A stretch of 64,000 nt of DNA. Origin: an uncultured Latescibacterota bacterium (GTDB taxonomy: Bacteria > Latescibacterota > UBA2968). The number at the start of each line of letters is the position of its first letter. Position 1 is the stretch's first letter. Made by a program: the position numbers and the translations under genes. Below the pieces are notes generated by a model. It did no database searches and was not told the origin of the DNA. It saw only the letters and a list, made by a program, of their open reading frames with translations. The DNA is taken from the NCBI GenBank assembly GCA_958295785.1, contig OY282377.1:198394-262393 (forward strand). The letters are read 5' to 3'. Below, one piece after another: positions 46,131 to 55,366 of this stretch.

Positions 46131-47705
46131 TCACATCCCCCAAATATCGATCTCGACATCACTGCCCGACGCTCGGCGATCCCGAAACACCTTGTCCGCC
46201 CAACGCCTGCCCTCGCGCCGATCAAAGACCACCAGATGACCCGCCTCTGCATCGCAACGATCCATGTACTCGGCGGTCTGTTCCAACCCCTCGGCGAGGG
46301 TCTGCTCCAAGCTTCTGTGAAGCACTTTGCACTCGATCACGAATTTGCGCATCTGTTCGCCCTGCGGCCAGACGATGAGGAGATCGGTTCGCATCTTGCC
46401 CAGGCCATACTCGCGTTCAATGCGTCCGCCGCTGTTGACGATGCGTTGCAAAAACGCTTGAAGCAAAAGTTGCGGGCCGGCCTCTCGATATGCGAATCGT
46501 TTCACCCAATGCTCTGAGTGTTCGCGGAAGAAGGTCTGGAATGCGGTCAACAACTCGACCACATCCAAACTGCCATCCGAATGGACATACCAAGCTGTTT
46601 CCTGATCGAACTCCTCTTGGACCACCCAGGTCAATTCGCGCGGCACGACTTCGGCGTAGATCGGATTGGCGATGCGGAGCGGACGATCTTGAACCACGAG
46701 ACCGAGATCGAGCACATACTCCAAATCGCGGTCTGTGAAGTGGCGTTCCTCGCCCCCGCTCAAGAGGGGCTCGACAATGCGCCGCACGCGCTCCTCTTTG
46801 AGTTTGTCGGTCAACTGCTCCAAATGCGTTTCGCGGCGCAGGATGAGTTGCTCTTTCGCCTCAATGATGGCAGAAGCAGTGACCGAATCGCGCCGATCTG
46901 CGGCCCCATCGCGGAAGCAGGTTTGATCCGCCAAAGCGTTGACCAGCCACGGTTGACCTTGGGTCTGTGTCCAGATCATCTCCAATGCCTCGGACGTGAA
47001 TACCTGACCCGTCTCTTCGGTGTGTTGCCAGAGCAGAGCACGCACCTCATCTTGCGAGAAGTCGCCCAGGCGTAGCGATTGCGCTTTGATGTTGAACGGA
47101 CTGCCCCCGGCGATGATGGCGTTGGTCGAACTCGAATGGATGCGGTAATCGCGCACATCGCGCACACCGCACAGCACCACGCTTTGCGGAAATCCCTCCG
47201 GACGCATGTCGTAGCCGGCCCGCAACTGCCGCAACACGGACAGGAGCGAGTCGCCGATCAAGGCGTCTATCTCGTCGATGAGCAGCACCAGCGGCTTGGG
47301 ATCGGCCCCAGCCCAGCGCGTCAATGCCACGCGCAAAGCAGCGTGGGGACCGTACTTGGTCAAGATGTCCGGCCAAATCGCGTCGAGAAACTCGTCGTTC
47401 AGCGTCAAGTTCGCCCGCACTGCAAACTCGCCCAGAACGGTACGCATGACTTGTTCCACATCTTCGCGTGCGGCTTGCCCGCCTTCAACATTGACGTACA
47501 CGCAACGGTAGATGCCCTCGGCATTGAGCAGGTCGCGCAGGGCCAGCAGAGCCGAGGTCTTGCCCGTCTGCCGAGGCGCGTGCAGGACAAAGTATTTCTC
47601 GTCCCGGATCAGGGCGAGTACATCGTCTATGTCCAAGCGTTCTAATGGCGGGATGCAGTAGTGTTTGTCCGGCTTGATGGGACCGGCAGTGTTGAAGAAG
47701 CGCAT
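46131..47705 (-). CDS. AAA-ATPase-like / C-terminal PD-(D/E)xK fusion protein, tandem copy 2
   Basis: 524 aa, near-identical to copy 1 apart from a variable patch at about aa 86-138. The offset between the stop codons is 1746 bp. Confidence 0.85.
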   Translation of the reverse strand: MRFFNTAGPIKPDKHYCIPPLERLDIDDVLALIRDEKYFVLHAPRQTGKTSALLALRDLLNAEGIYRCVYVNVEGGQAAREDVEQVMRTVLGEFAVRANLTLNDEFLDAIWPDILTKYGPHAALRVALTRWAGADPKPLVLLIDEIDALIGDSLLSVLRQLRAGYDMRPEGFPQSVVLCGVRDVRDYRIHSSSTNAIIAGGSPFNIKAQSLRLGDFSQDEVRALLWQHTEETGQVFTSEALEMIWTQTQGQPWLVNALADQTCFRDGAADRRDSVTASAIIEAKEQLILRRETHLEQLTDKLKEERVRRIVEPLLSGGEERHFTDRDLEYVLDLGLVVQDRPLRIANPIYAEVVPRELTWVVQEEFDQETAWYVHSDGSLDVVELLTAFQTFFREHSEHWVKRFAYREAGPQLLLQAFLQRIVNSGGRIEREYGLGKMRTDLLIVWPQGEQMRKFVIECKVLHRSLEQTLAEGLEQTAEYMDRCDAEAGHLVVFDRREGRRWADKVFRDRRASGSDVEIDIWGM

Positions 47706-47905
47706 GGTGCAAGTCTCCGGGTCAGGGGTCGGTGGCCTGTCCGTTCATCCCCACCGCCGGGTAAAAGGACAGGCGCGGGGGACTGGTCGCTAACCGCTGA
47801 CTGCTTGGGGGATTGGGGACTGGAGCGGCCTTCTTCCGTCTTGTATCTTTGGGCGAGCATGGAGGCACCGCCCCTACGTTTTTGTGGGGTTGGTTTTCGC
47901 CTTTC

Positions 47906-47950
47906 ATCCGCGCAATCCGCGCAATCCGCGCAATCCGTTTAATCCGCGAT
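47906..47950. repeat. 9-bp tandem repeat x5 (ATCCGCGCA x3 then two degenerate units)
   Basis: atccgcgca atccgcgca atccgcgca atccgttta atccgcgat, read directly from the sequence. Confidence 0.8.
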
Positions 47951-47996
47951 CCATCTTCCCTCTCCCGTCTCATGCCTTTTACCGCTGCGACTGCCT

Positions 47997-49391
47997 TCAC
48001 GCAAACGGCTCGCGGTCGTCTTCCCAGTTTCTGCCCACAGGGCGGAGTTGGCCGCCGCCGCTGACGACGTAATCGCGCCCGTCTTTGTCGGGAACGACAT
48101 ACGTTGCAAACCACGTTTCCATTTGCATTTTCATCGTTTTGACGCGCTTGGCCTGCGCGGTGTGGTCAACGAGATTGTCGCGCTCATCAGGGTCGTTTCT
48201 CAGGTCGTAGAGTTCGTTGGGGCCGTTGGGATAGCGGTGGACGTATTTCCATTCGGCAGTGCGGATCATGCGCGTGGTGCCGTATTCGTCGTAAATGACG
48301 ACATTGTCGCGTGCGGTATCTCCTTCGCCCTTGAGCGCGGCGAGAAAGGATCGCCCGGGATAGTTGCGGCCTTCGGGCAGGGGCAGGTCGAGATAGTCGA
48401 GCAGGGTGGGCATAAAATCGTATCCCGATGCCATAGCGGGTTGCGCGACGCCTTCGGGGATCACGCCGGGGTGACTCGCCAAAAAGGGCACTTTGATGGA
48501 ATTTTCGTACATATTTAAGGGCCGCGTGCCATTGCCCTTGCCCCAAAAGCCGTGATGCCCACAGGAAAAGCCATTGTCAGACGTAAAGACGACGAAGGTG
48601 TTGTTGCGAATCCCCTTGCCCTCAATTTTGTCGAGGATGCGCCCCACATCGGCGTCCATGGCCGTGACAGCGGCAAAATAGCCTTTGAGGCTTTCGCGGT
48701 TGCCCAAATTGCCGCTCAAGCCACCGGCCCACGGATGCGGGGCTTCTTGTGGGCAAGAATCGAATGGACAGTCGTCGTACGAATCCACGATGTCTTGGGG
48801 ATGCCCGGTCCATGGACTGTGCGGCGCGGTGTAGTGAACGCTGAGGTAAAAGGGATTGTCGTCTTCGGCGTGATCGTCAATGAACGCGAGGGCGTCGTCT
48901 GTGATGGCGGTGGTGACATAGCCTGGCACCGCGACGAGTTCGCCATTGCGAACCATGGTGGCGTTGTTATAGGGGCCGCCGCCCTTTTCGTGGGCAAACC
49001 AGTGCGAGAAGCCGTGTTGCGGCAAGGTGCTGTTGCCCAAATGCCACTTGCCCGACAACCCACACGTCCAGCCGTGCTCGGCCAAAATGTCGGTATAGCA
49101 AATTTCGTCCTGAAGATACGATGCCGCATCAGGCCCGGTGTTGCCTCCGCGGATCCAGTCGTGGACCCCGTGTTGCGAAGGTATGCGCCCCGTCAGAAAA
49201 GAAGCGCGACTCGGGGAACACACCGGAATGGTGACAAAGAAATTGTCAAACCGCATCCCGGTGGCGGCAATGCGGTCGAGATTGGGCGTGCGGATTTCTG
49301 GATTGCCATAACATCCGGCAGCCCAAGGGCCTTGGTCATCGGTCAGGATAAAGATGACATTGGGAGCGGTCATTGGCTCTGGTCCTTTCAA
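47997..49391 (-). CDS. Cys-type sulfatase
   Basis: NVIFILTDDQG...PVCSPSRASFLTGR (C-x-P-x-R formylglycine motif). Confidence 0.9.
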   Translation of the reverse strand: MKGPEPMTAPNVIFILTDDQGPWAAGCYGNPEIRTPNLDRIAATGMRFDNFFVTIPVCSPSRASFLTGRIPSQHGVHDWIRGGNTGPDAASYLQDEICYTDILAEHGWTCGLSGKWHLGNSTLPQHGFSHWFAHEKGGGPYNNATMVRNGELVAVPGYVTTAITDDALAFIDDHAEDDNPFYLSVHYTAPHSPWTGHPQDIVDSYDDCPFDSCPQEAPHPWAGGLSGNLGNRESLKGYFAAVTAMDADVGRILDKIEGKGIRNNTFVVFTSDNGFSCGHHGFWGKGNGTRPLNMYENSIKVPFLASHPGVIPEGVAQPAMASGYDFMPTLLDYLDLPLPEGRNYPGRSFLAALKGEGDTARDNVVIYDEYGTTRMIRTAEWKYVHRYPNGPNELYDLRNDPDERDNLVDHTAQAKRVKTMKMQMETWFATYVVPDKDGRDYVVSGGGQLRPVGRNWEDDREPFA

Positions 49392-49538
49392 GTGCTGTTC
49401 GCGTCTGCGCCAAACAGGTGCGGAAGTACATTACAAACACAATGTACAAGGATTGGCAAAGGTTGTCAAATAGGTAGCAAGGAGGAGAAATGGGGACGCT
49501 GACTGCTCGCCCATTTTTGATTTCAAGGGGCCCCGCGG

Positions 49539-52500
49539 CTAATCCGTTGCGCGATGCAGGTCTGCGCGGAAGGCGCGTCGTTCGCGCCCGATGATGCGGT
49601 AGAAGACGCTGATGAGGTCTTCGAGAATGCGATAGCTGATGGGCACGAGCAACAAGGTGATGACCGTGGCAAAGAGGATGCCAAAACCCAATGAGATAGC
49701 CATGGGGATCAGAAACTGCGCCTGAATGCTTTTTTCAAACAGCATGGGCGTGAGGCCGAGAAAGGTCGTGAGTGATGTCAACAGAATGGGGCGGAACCGC
49801 ACGACCCCGGCTTCGCGGATGGCAATGGAAAGTTCGCGGCCTTCTTCGCGCTGTTTGTTGATAAAATCGACCATCACCAAACTGTCGTTGACCACGACGC
49901 CGATGAGGGCGACAATGCCAAACAAGGAGAAAATGGTGAGGTCAAATCCCAGAATGACATGCCCGCAGATCGCGCCCACGATCCCAAATGGAATCGCGGT
50001 CATCACGATGAGGGGCTGGGTGTAGGACTTGAAGGGTATGGCGAGCAAAATATAGATGATGAGCAAGGCGATGACAAAACTGTCGGTCATATCCGACAGA
50101 GTTTCGGCCTGTTGCCGTTGTTCGCCTTCAAACCCGTAGCGCACGCGGGGGTGTTCGGTCAGTATTTCGGGCAAGACAGTGCGCGTGACATCGGCGAGGA
50201 TCTCGTTTGCGTTGGCGACGTTTTGATCGACATCGGCGATGACGCTAACGGCCTTTTGCCGGTCCGCGCGGCGAATGGACGCATACCCCCGGCTCAGTTC
50301 GGCCTCGGCGGCTATCGAAAAGGGCACTTCGCCACCGTCGGGCGTGCGAACGCGCATGGCTTCGAGGTTGCCGAGCGACCGGCGTTCGGATGTGGGATAG
50401 CGCACCATCACGCGGATGTCGTCGCGCCCGCGCTGAATGCGCTGTGCTTCTTCGCCGTAAAACGCCTGTCTGACTTGGCGCGCGAGGTCCGATAGCGCGA
50501 TGCCCATGGTTTCGGCTTGGCGGGTGAGGGAGAGTTTCGCCTCCCGTTTGCCCGGGCGAAAGGTATCCGCGATGTCAAAGACCCCGGGGTATGCCCCCAG
50601 TTCGCTTTTGAATTTTTCGGCGACTTCGCGCAGTTCGGCGTAATCCGGCCCCGAGAACTGGATGTTGATCGCTTCGCCCGTTGAAAACAGCGAGGACGCA
50701 TAGGTCAGTTCCACCGCATCGGGAATCTCGCCGCTGAGTTCGCGCCAGCGTTGGACGATTGCCTCGCTGCCGATGTCGCGGTTTTCAGATGGCACGAGTT
50801 CGATGTTGACTTCGCCCAAATGCGCCGATGAAAATTCGGCATTGCCCCCGGCGTTTTGGCTCTGCGTTGCGCGAAAGGGCTGTTCGCCCACAGAGGCGAG
50901 GACGTGCCGAAAGACCGCGCCGGGGTTATCGCCCTCAATTTCGCGTTTGAGCCGCAGGGCAGATCGTTCGAGGCGGCGCACCGCGCGTTCCGTGACCTCT
51001 GCGGGCGTGCCTTGGGGCATGGTGAGCAACGCCACGACATTGTCGGAATCGATCTTGGGAAAAAAGATGAATTTGATCCATCCGCCCCCGACGAGGCCCA
51101 CGGCGAGCAAGAGCGCGGCAATGCCCGAGGCGAGGGTCGCATACCGCCATTGGAGCGCCCATTCGAGAAAGGGGCGATAAGTGCGCCCGATAAAGGCGAG
51201 CAAGCCGGTGGAAACCCGATCTTGAAACCGCTGCCACAGGCCGGGCAAGGTGTGTTTTGAAGCGGAGGTGCGACCCATTTTGGAATGCGCGAGGTGCGCG
51301 GGCAAAATGAAGAGGGATTCGACGAGGGAAAAGATGAGGGTGAGAATGACGATTTGCGGAATGAGTTTCAGGATTTTTCCCATGTTGCCCTCGACCATGA
51401 GCAGGGGCGAGAAGGCCGCGATAGACGTGAGGATGGCAAAAACCACGGGCACATAGACCTCTCGCGTGCCGTCGATGGCGGCGCGCAAGCCGCGTTTGCC
51501 CATCTGGTGGTGGCGATAGATGTTTTCGCCCACGATGACGGCATCGTCGACCACGATGCCGAGCACCACGATAAATGCGAAGAGCGAGATGAGGTTGATG
51601 GAAATATCGAGAGCGGGCATCAGGCTGATCGCGCCGAGGAAGGAGATGGGAATGCCCAGCGCGACCCAAAAGGCGAGGCGCAACCGCAGAAACATCGTCA
51701 GCGCGATAAAGACGAGGATAAAGCCCAGGCCCCCATTGCGGAGCATGAGATCCAGGCGGCCACTCAAAACGCGAGAAAAATCCGACCACACCGTGAGTTT
51801 GATCCCTTCGGGCATGCGCGCTTGGGCTTCTTCGATATAGGCTTTGACTTTTTCGGTGATGTCGAGGGCATTTTGATCCCCCACGCGATACACCTGAACG
51901 ATGGCGGTGGGCTCTGCATCGAATTGGGCGGATTGATCGGTTTCTGCGAACCCGTCGTTCACCGTGGCGACATCGCCGAGCAAGAGGTGCGTGCCGTCTG
52001 GGCGCGTCCGCAAGACGATGGATTCAAACTCTTTGCCGCGATAGGCTTGGCCTTTGGTCCGCAATAAAATTTCGCCGCTTTGCGTGCGAATGCCGCCGCC
52101 GGGCAGGTCTATCGAGAAACGCCTGACAGCCGTGGCGATTTCGCCAAAGGTGAGGCCGTAGCGTCTGAGATCGTTTTCCGAGATTTCGATGGCGATTTCG
52201 TAGGGGCGCGTGTTGGCGAGATCGACCTGCGTGATGCCGGGAATGCCCGCGATATCGTCTCTGACGCGCTCGCCAATTGTTTTGAGGGTTTTCTCATCTG
52301 CCGGGCCCGAAATTGCAACATTGATGACTTGGCGACGGTTGATGAGTTCCCGAATGATGGGTTTTTCCGTTTCCGCCGGAAATGTGGTGATGGCATCCAC
52401 GCGGGCTTTGACCTCGTCGAGCAATTTTCGCAAATCCGCGCTGGGATCGACTTCGATTCTGACCGCGCCCACGTTCTCCGATGCCGTGGAAGTGAGGCGT

Positions 52501-52736
52501 TTGATGCCGTCGAGGCCCTGCACGGCTTCTTCAATACGCACGCAGACCGCTTCTTCGACTTCCTCGGGGGCGGCCCCTCGATAGACCATAGAGACCGAGA
52601 TGATGTCAGACGAAAACTCGGGGAAGATTTCCATGCGAATGCTGGGTACGAGAAAAAGCCCGCCGCCCATGATCAGCACCATCAGCAGGTTGGCCGCCAC
52701 GCTGTTTCGGGCAAACCATTCAATGGCATTTTTCAC
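49539..52736 (-). CDS. RND efflux transporter permease (AcrB family)
   Basis: 1065 aa, MKNAIEWFARNSVAANLLMVLIMGGG..., with a 12-TM and two-large-loop organisation. Confidence 0.9.
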   Translation of the reverse strand: MKNAIEWFARNSVAANLLMVLIMGGGLFLVPSIRMEIFPEFSSDIISVSMVYRGAAPEEVEEAVCVRIEEAVQGLDGIKRLTSTASENVGAVRIEVDPSADLRKLLDEVKARVDAITTFPAETEKPIIRELINRRQVINVAISGPADEKTLKTIGERVRDDIAGIPGITQVDLANTRPYEIAIEISENDLRRYGLTFGEIATAVRRFSIDLPGGGIRTQSGEILLRTKGQAYRGKEFESIVLRTRPDGTHLLLGDVATVNDGFAETDQSAQFDAEPTAIVQVYRVGDQNALDITEKVKAYIEEAQARMPEGIKLTVWSDFSRVLSGRLDLMLRNGGLGFILVFIALTMFLRLRLAFWVALGIPISFLGAISLMPALDISINLISLFAFIVVLGIVVDDAVIVGENIYRHHQMGKRGLRAAIDGTREVYVPVVFAILTSIAAFSPLLMVEGNMGKILKLIPQIVILTLIFSLVESLFILPAHLAHSKMGRTSASKHTLPGLWQRFQDRVSTGLLAFIGRTYRPFLEWALQWRYATLASGIAALLLAVGLVGGGWIKFIFFPKIDSDNVVALLTMPQGTPAEVTERAVRRLERSALRLKREIEGDNPGAVFRHVLASVGEQPFRATQSQNAGGNAEFSSAHLGEVNIELVPSENRDIGSEAIVQRWRELSGEIPDAVELTYASSLFSTGEAINIQFSGPDYAELREVAEKFKSELGAYPGVFDIADTFRPGKREAKLSLTRQAETMGIALSDLARQVRQAFYGEEAQRIQRGRDDIRVMVRYPTSERRSLGNLEAMRVRTPDGGEVPFSIAAEAELSRGYASIRRADRQKAVSVIADVDQNVANANEILADVTRTVLPEILTEHPRVRYGFEGEQRQQAETLSDMTDSFVIALLIIYILLAIPFKSYTQPLIVMTAIPFGIVGAICGHVILGFDLTIFSLFGIVALIGVVVNDSLVMVDFINKQREEGRELSIAIREAGVVRFRPILLTSLTTFLGLTPMLFEKSIQAQFLIPMAISLGFGILFATVITLLLVPISYRILEDLISVFYRIIGRERRAFRADLHRATD

Positions 52737-53932
52737 GGCGTCCCTCCGGTTTGCGTTAGATCGCTGGACTCTGTGTCCAGCGCGGTGCGAACGCGCATGC
52801 CTTCGACGACAGTGTCGAGTGGCGACACGCAGACCTGCTCGCCCGATTTGAGACCGCTTCTGACGACCACTGTTTCCGCATCGGCGCGCAAGATGTCGAT
52901 GGCGCGATAATAGAGGCGATAGTCCAGCACCACGAGAACGCGATCTTTGCCGCGCAGGGCAGCGCGCGGGATGACCGCGACCTCCTCGGCGCGATAGCCC
53001 ATGATCTCCGCCGCGACAAACATGCCCACGGCCAAGGGCGGGCGGTTGTGATCGCGTTGCCGATAGGGGTTATCCACGCGCCCGACCAGCGTGACCATGC
53101 GAGAGCGCGGGTCAATTTCGCCTTCAACGCGCACAATGCGACCCATATAGGTGTGTTCCCGCCCGGCAAAGGTGGCGCGGAAGCGCACTTCGGGGCCTGC
53201 ATCGCTATCGGTGCGATTGCGAAAGGACAGGGGCACGTTTAGATACGCGAGTTGATCATCGGGCACGGGCAAGCGCACCTCGGCATAGTCAACCGCGTAG
53301 ATGCGCCCCACAGGCGAACCGGGGTTGACGTATTGTCCGATATCGGCATCTTTGGCGCGCACGCGCCCGGGATACGGCGTGCGGATTTGCGTGCGCTCGA
53401 GGTTGAGGCGTGCCCGGGTCAGCGCGCCTTCGGCAGCGGCCAGCGTCGCACGCGCTTCGGCGATTTGCGGCTCGCGCAAAACCAACGCGGTCGGTTCGCC
53501 ATTGCCCAAGCGTTTCCATTCGTCTCGGGCTATCGCGCCTTCTTCTTTTTCGCGCGCCAAGCGCAACTCGGCCTGCGCGACCTGAACGCGCGCTTGTGCG
53601 ACGGCGACTTCGTAATCGCGCGGGTCAATGGCGAGCAACACATCGCCTTTTTCAAAAAACCCCCCGTTGACAAATGCGGGCGATACACGGGTGATTTGCC
53701 CTGCAACCTGTGCGACGAGCGTGCTCTCCGTGCGCGGCGCGACCGTGCCCTGCGCCGACACCATGAGTTGTAGATCGGTGGGATAAACGGTTTGCACGCG
53801 CACGAGTGGTGGGGGTATTTCAGGCGGGTTGGTCTGCACGACCGCCTGGCTTTTGACCAGTTCATAAGCACCCAACCCGCCGATGATCAGGACGAGGATG
53901 GGAAGAAGGATTTTAAGGATTTGGCGATTCAT
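52733..53932 (-). CDS. RND efflux periplasmic adaptor (MFP/HlyD family)
   Basis: MNRQILKILLPILVLIIGGLG anchor, a coiled-coil hairpin (AQARVQVAQAELRLA...), and a beta-barrel C-terminus. AGGAG lies upstream of ATG 53932. Overlaps the permease start. Confidence 0.85.
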   Translation of the reverse strand: MNRQILKILLPILVLIIGGLGAYELVKSQAVVQTNPPEIPPPLVRVQTVYPTDLQLMVSAQGTVAPRTESTLVAQVAGQITRVSPAFVNGGFFEKGDVLLAIDPRDYEVAVAQARVQVAQAELRLAREKEEGAIARDEWKRLGNGEPTALVLREPQIAEARATLAAAEGALTRARLNLERTQIRTPYPGRVRAKDADIGQYVNPGSPVGRIYAVDYAEVRLPVPDDQLAYLNVPLSFRNRTDSDAGPEVRFRATFAGREHTYMGRIVRVEGEIDPRSRMVTLVGRVDNPYRQRDHNRPPLAVGMFVAAEIMGYRAEEVAVIPRAALRGKDRVLVVLDYRLYYRAIDILRADAETVVVRSGLKSGEQVCVSPLDTVVEGMRVRTALDTESSDLTQTGGTP

Positions 53933-54060
53933 GTATTTCTCCTGCGAAGTCATAATGGGCGAAGAGGTCGATTCGTCCATTTATTTGGGCGGGCACGGGC
54001 CCTCGTCCCTACGATGCGGTTCTCGCCTTTTGGGGGGTTGGGCGGGATTCGTTGATTCGT

Positions 54061-54879
54061 CTATTCCTCCACCACTCGCGGACGCTTAAATTCTTTTTTG
54101 AAAAGCGAATCGACTGTGGCTTGAAGGGTCATCAGTGTTTGCTGATGGTTGTCAGCGCGTCGCGCGAGGCGTTTGGCTGTTTCGGCGATTTGGAGCGCGT
54201 TTTTGGCATTGTCTTGTGCGCGTTTGAAATCGTTTCTCAGCGTTGCGAGTTGTCGATTTTGGGTATCCAGCCGCTCGTTGGCGCGGTCGAGATTTTGTCG
54301 GGTATTTCGCAATATTTCGCGGCTTTTGGCATGCTGTTTTTTCTCGTCCGCGAGTTGTTTTTGGGTGGATGCGCGAAGCGATCTCTCGGTGTGGAGGCTG
54401 TCCCGATAAGCGAGGCGCGCCTGCGTTTCCCGCTTGAGTTCGCCTTGGGTGAGGCGCAATGCCTCGCGTGTAGAGTCGCGCTCTTGCCGCGTGCGCCGAT
54501 GGTGGGCGATCTCGTTGGACAACTTGCCGCGCACCTCCACTTCCGATCCGGTCAGGACGGCTTTTTCATTGATTTGCGACATGAGACGGTCGGTTTGTTC
54601 GCCGAGGCGTGTGCGAAAAGCCGCGAGTTCTTGCTGGAATCGCGCTTGCGTGTTTTCAAGCGTTTGCCCTTGGCGCGTGAGGGAGGTTTGCAAGACCAAG
54701 ATCAGAAAGATGGTGACCGTGACCGATGCGTAGCCCAAAAAGCCGTAGAGCCACCGGGCTTCGATGCGAAAAAAGGATTTGTCTTCCGTTTTGACGCGCT
54801 CTGAAACGTGAAATACAATGTACACACCCACGCCGATCAGAATGAGCGCGCCGAGTGTGGAGAGGATGATAATTTTCAT
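54061..54879 (-). CDS. membrane-anchored coiled-coil protein (2 TM + about 190-aa R/Q/E-rich coiled coil)
   Basis: MKIIILSTLGALILIGVGVYIVF and WLYGFLGYASVTVTIFLILVLQT helices, followed by heptad-like RQ/E/L-rich sequence. Lies 38 nt downstream of the PIN-like gene. Confidence 0.55.
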   Translation of the reverse strand: MKIIILSTLGALILIGVGVYIVFHVSERVKTEDKSFFRIEARWLYGFLGYASVTVTIFLILVLQTSLTRQGQTLENTQARFQQELAAFRTRLGEQTDRLMSQINEKAVLTGSEVEVRGKLSNEIAHHRRTRQERDSTREALRLTQGELKRETQARLAYRDSLHTERSLRASTQKQLADEKKQHAKSREILRNTRQNLDRANERLDTQNRQLATLRNDFKRAQDNAKNALQIAETAKRLARRADNHQQTLMTLQATVDSLFKKEFKRPRVVEE

Positions 54880-54917
54880 AACGATCTCGGGATTAGGGGT
54901 CAGGGGCACGTAGTCAA

Positions 54918-55364
54918 TTAAGGACAAGTATCTCTGGTCAGTAGGTGTTTGTGCCTCGCGCTTTGATATACTTTGCCGCCGACCAGATTGCGGTTCTTAA
55001 AATCCCGGTGCAATTTGCGGTCGGCCCCTCTTTGGGTTATTGGGTTATAGCCGACGATAAGTACTTTCGCGTTTGCGACCATAGCCAATGCAATAATGTG
55101 CTCGTCATCTGATTCTATTCGTCCTTTGAGTTCATCCGCTTTTTGTTGCACATCTTGGGCGGAAACCAATTTGAGTTTACCGGCTTGACTCAGTTCCGTC
55201 ATTCGAGCTTTCATTCCGCCTCTTTCCCATTCTTCTCTAAATTTATTGGTATCTGAGTAAACGATTTTCCCGGATCTTCTGAGCCAGTCCCGCACGGGCT
55301 GCATCTCCTCATTGCTCAAATTCTTAAAGTTACCAAAACAATTGGCATCTAAAATAACGCACAT
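54918..55364 (-). CDS. PIN-like domain protein
   Basis: MCVILDANCF... (first acidic residue) and ESDDEHIIALAMVANAKVLIVG (acidic cluster plus helix-strand), about 148 aa. The ATG lies 2 nt after the ATPase stop. Confidence 0.55.
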   Translation of the reverse strand: MCVILDANCFGNFKNLSNEEMQPVRDWLRRSGKIVYSDTNKFREEWERGGMKARMTELSQAGKLKLVSAQDVQQKADELKGRIESDDEHIIALAMVANAKVLIVGYNPITQRGADRKLHRDFKNRNLVGGKVYQSARHKHLLTRDTCP

Positions 55365-55366
55365 AA

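Noticed and set aside
49426-49447. GTACATT-N8-AATGTAC inverted repeat upstream of the sulfatase gene as an operator
   Set aside because: The arms are only 7 bp, it is a single occurrence, and there is no second copy in front of the other sulfatase. That is too weak to call.
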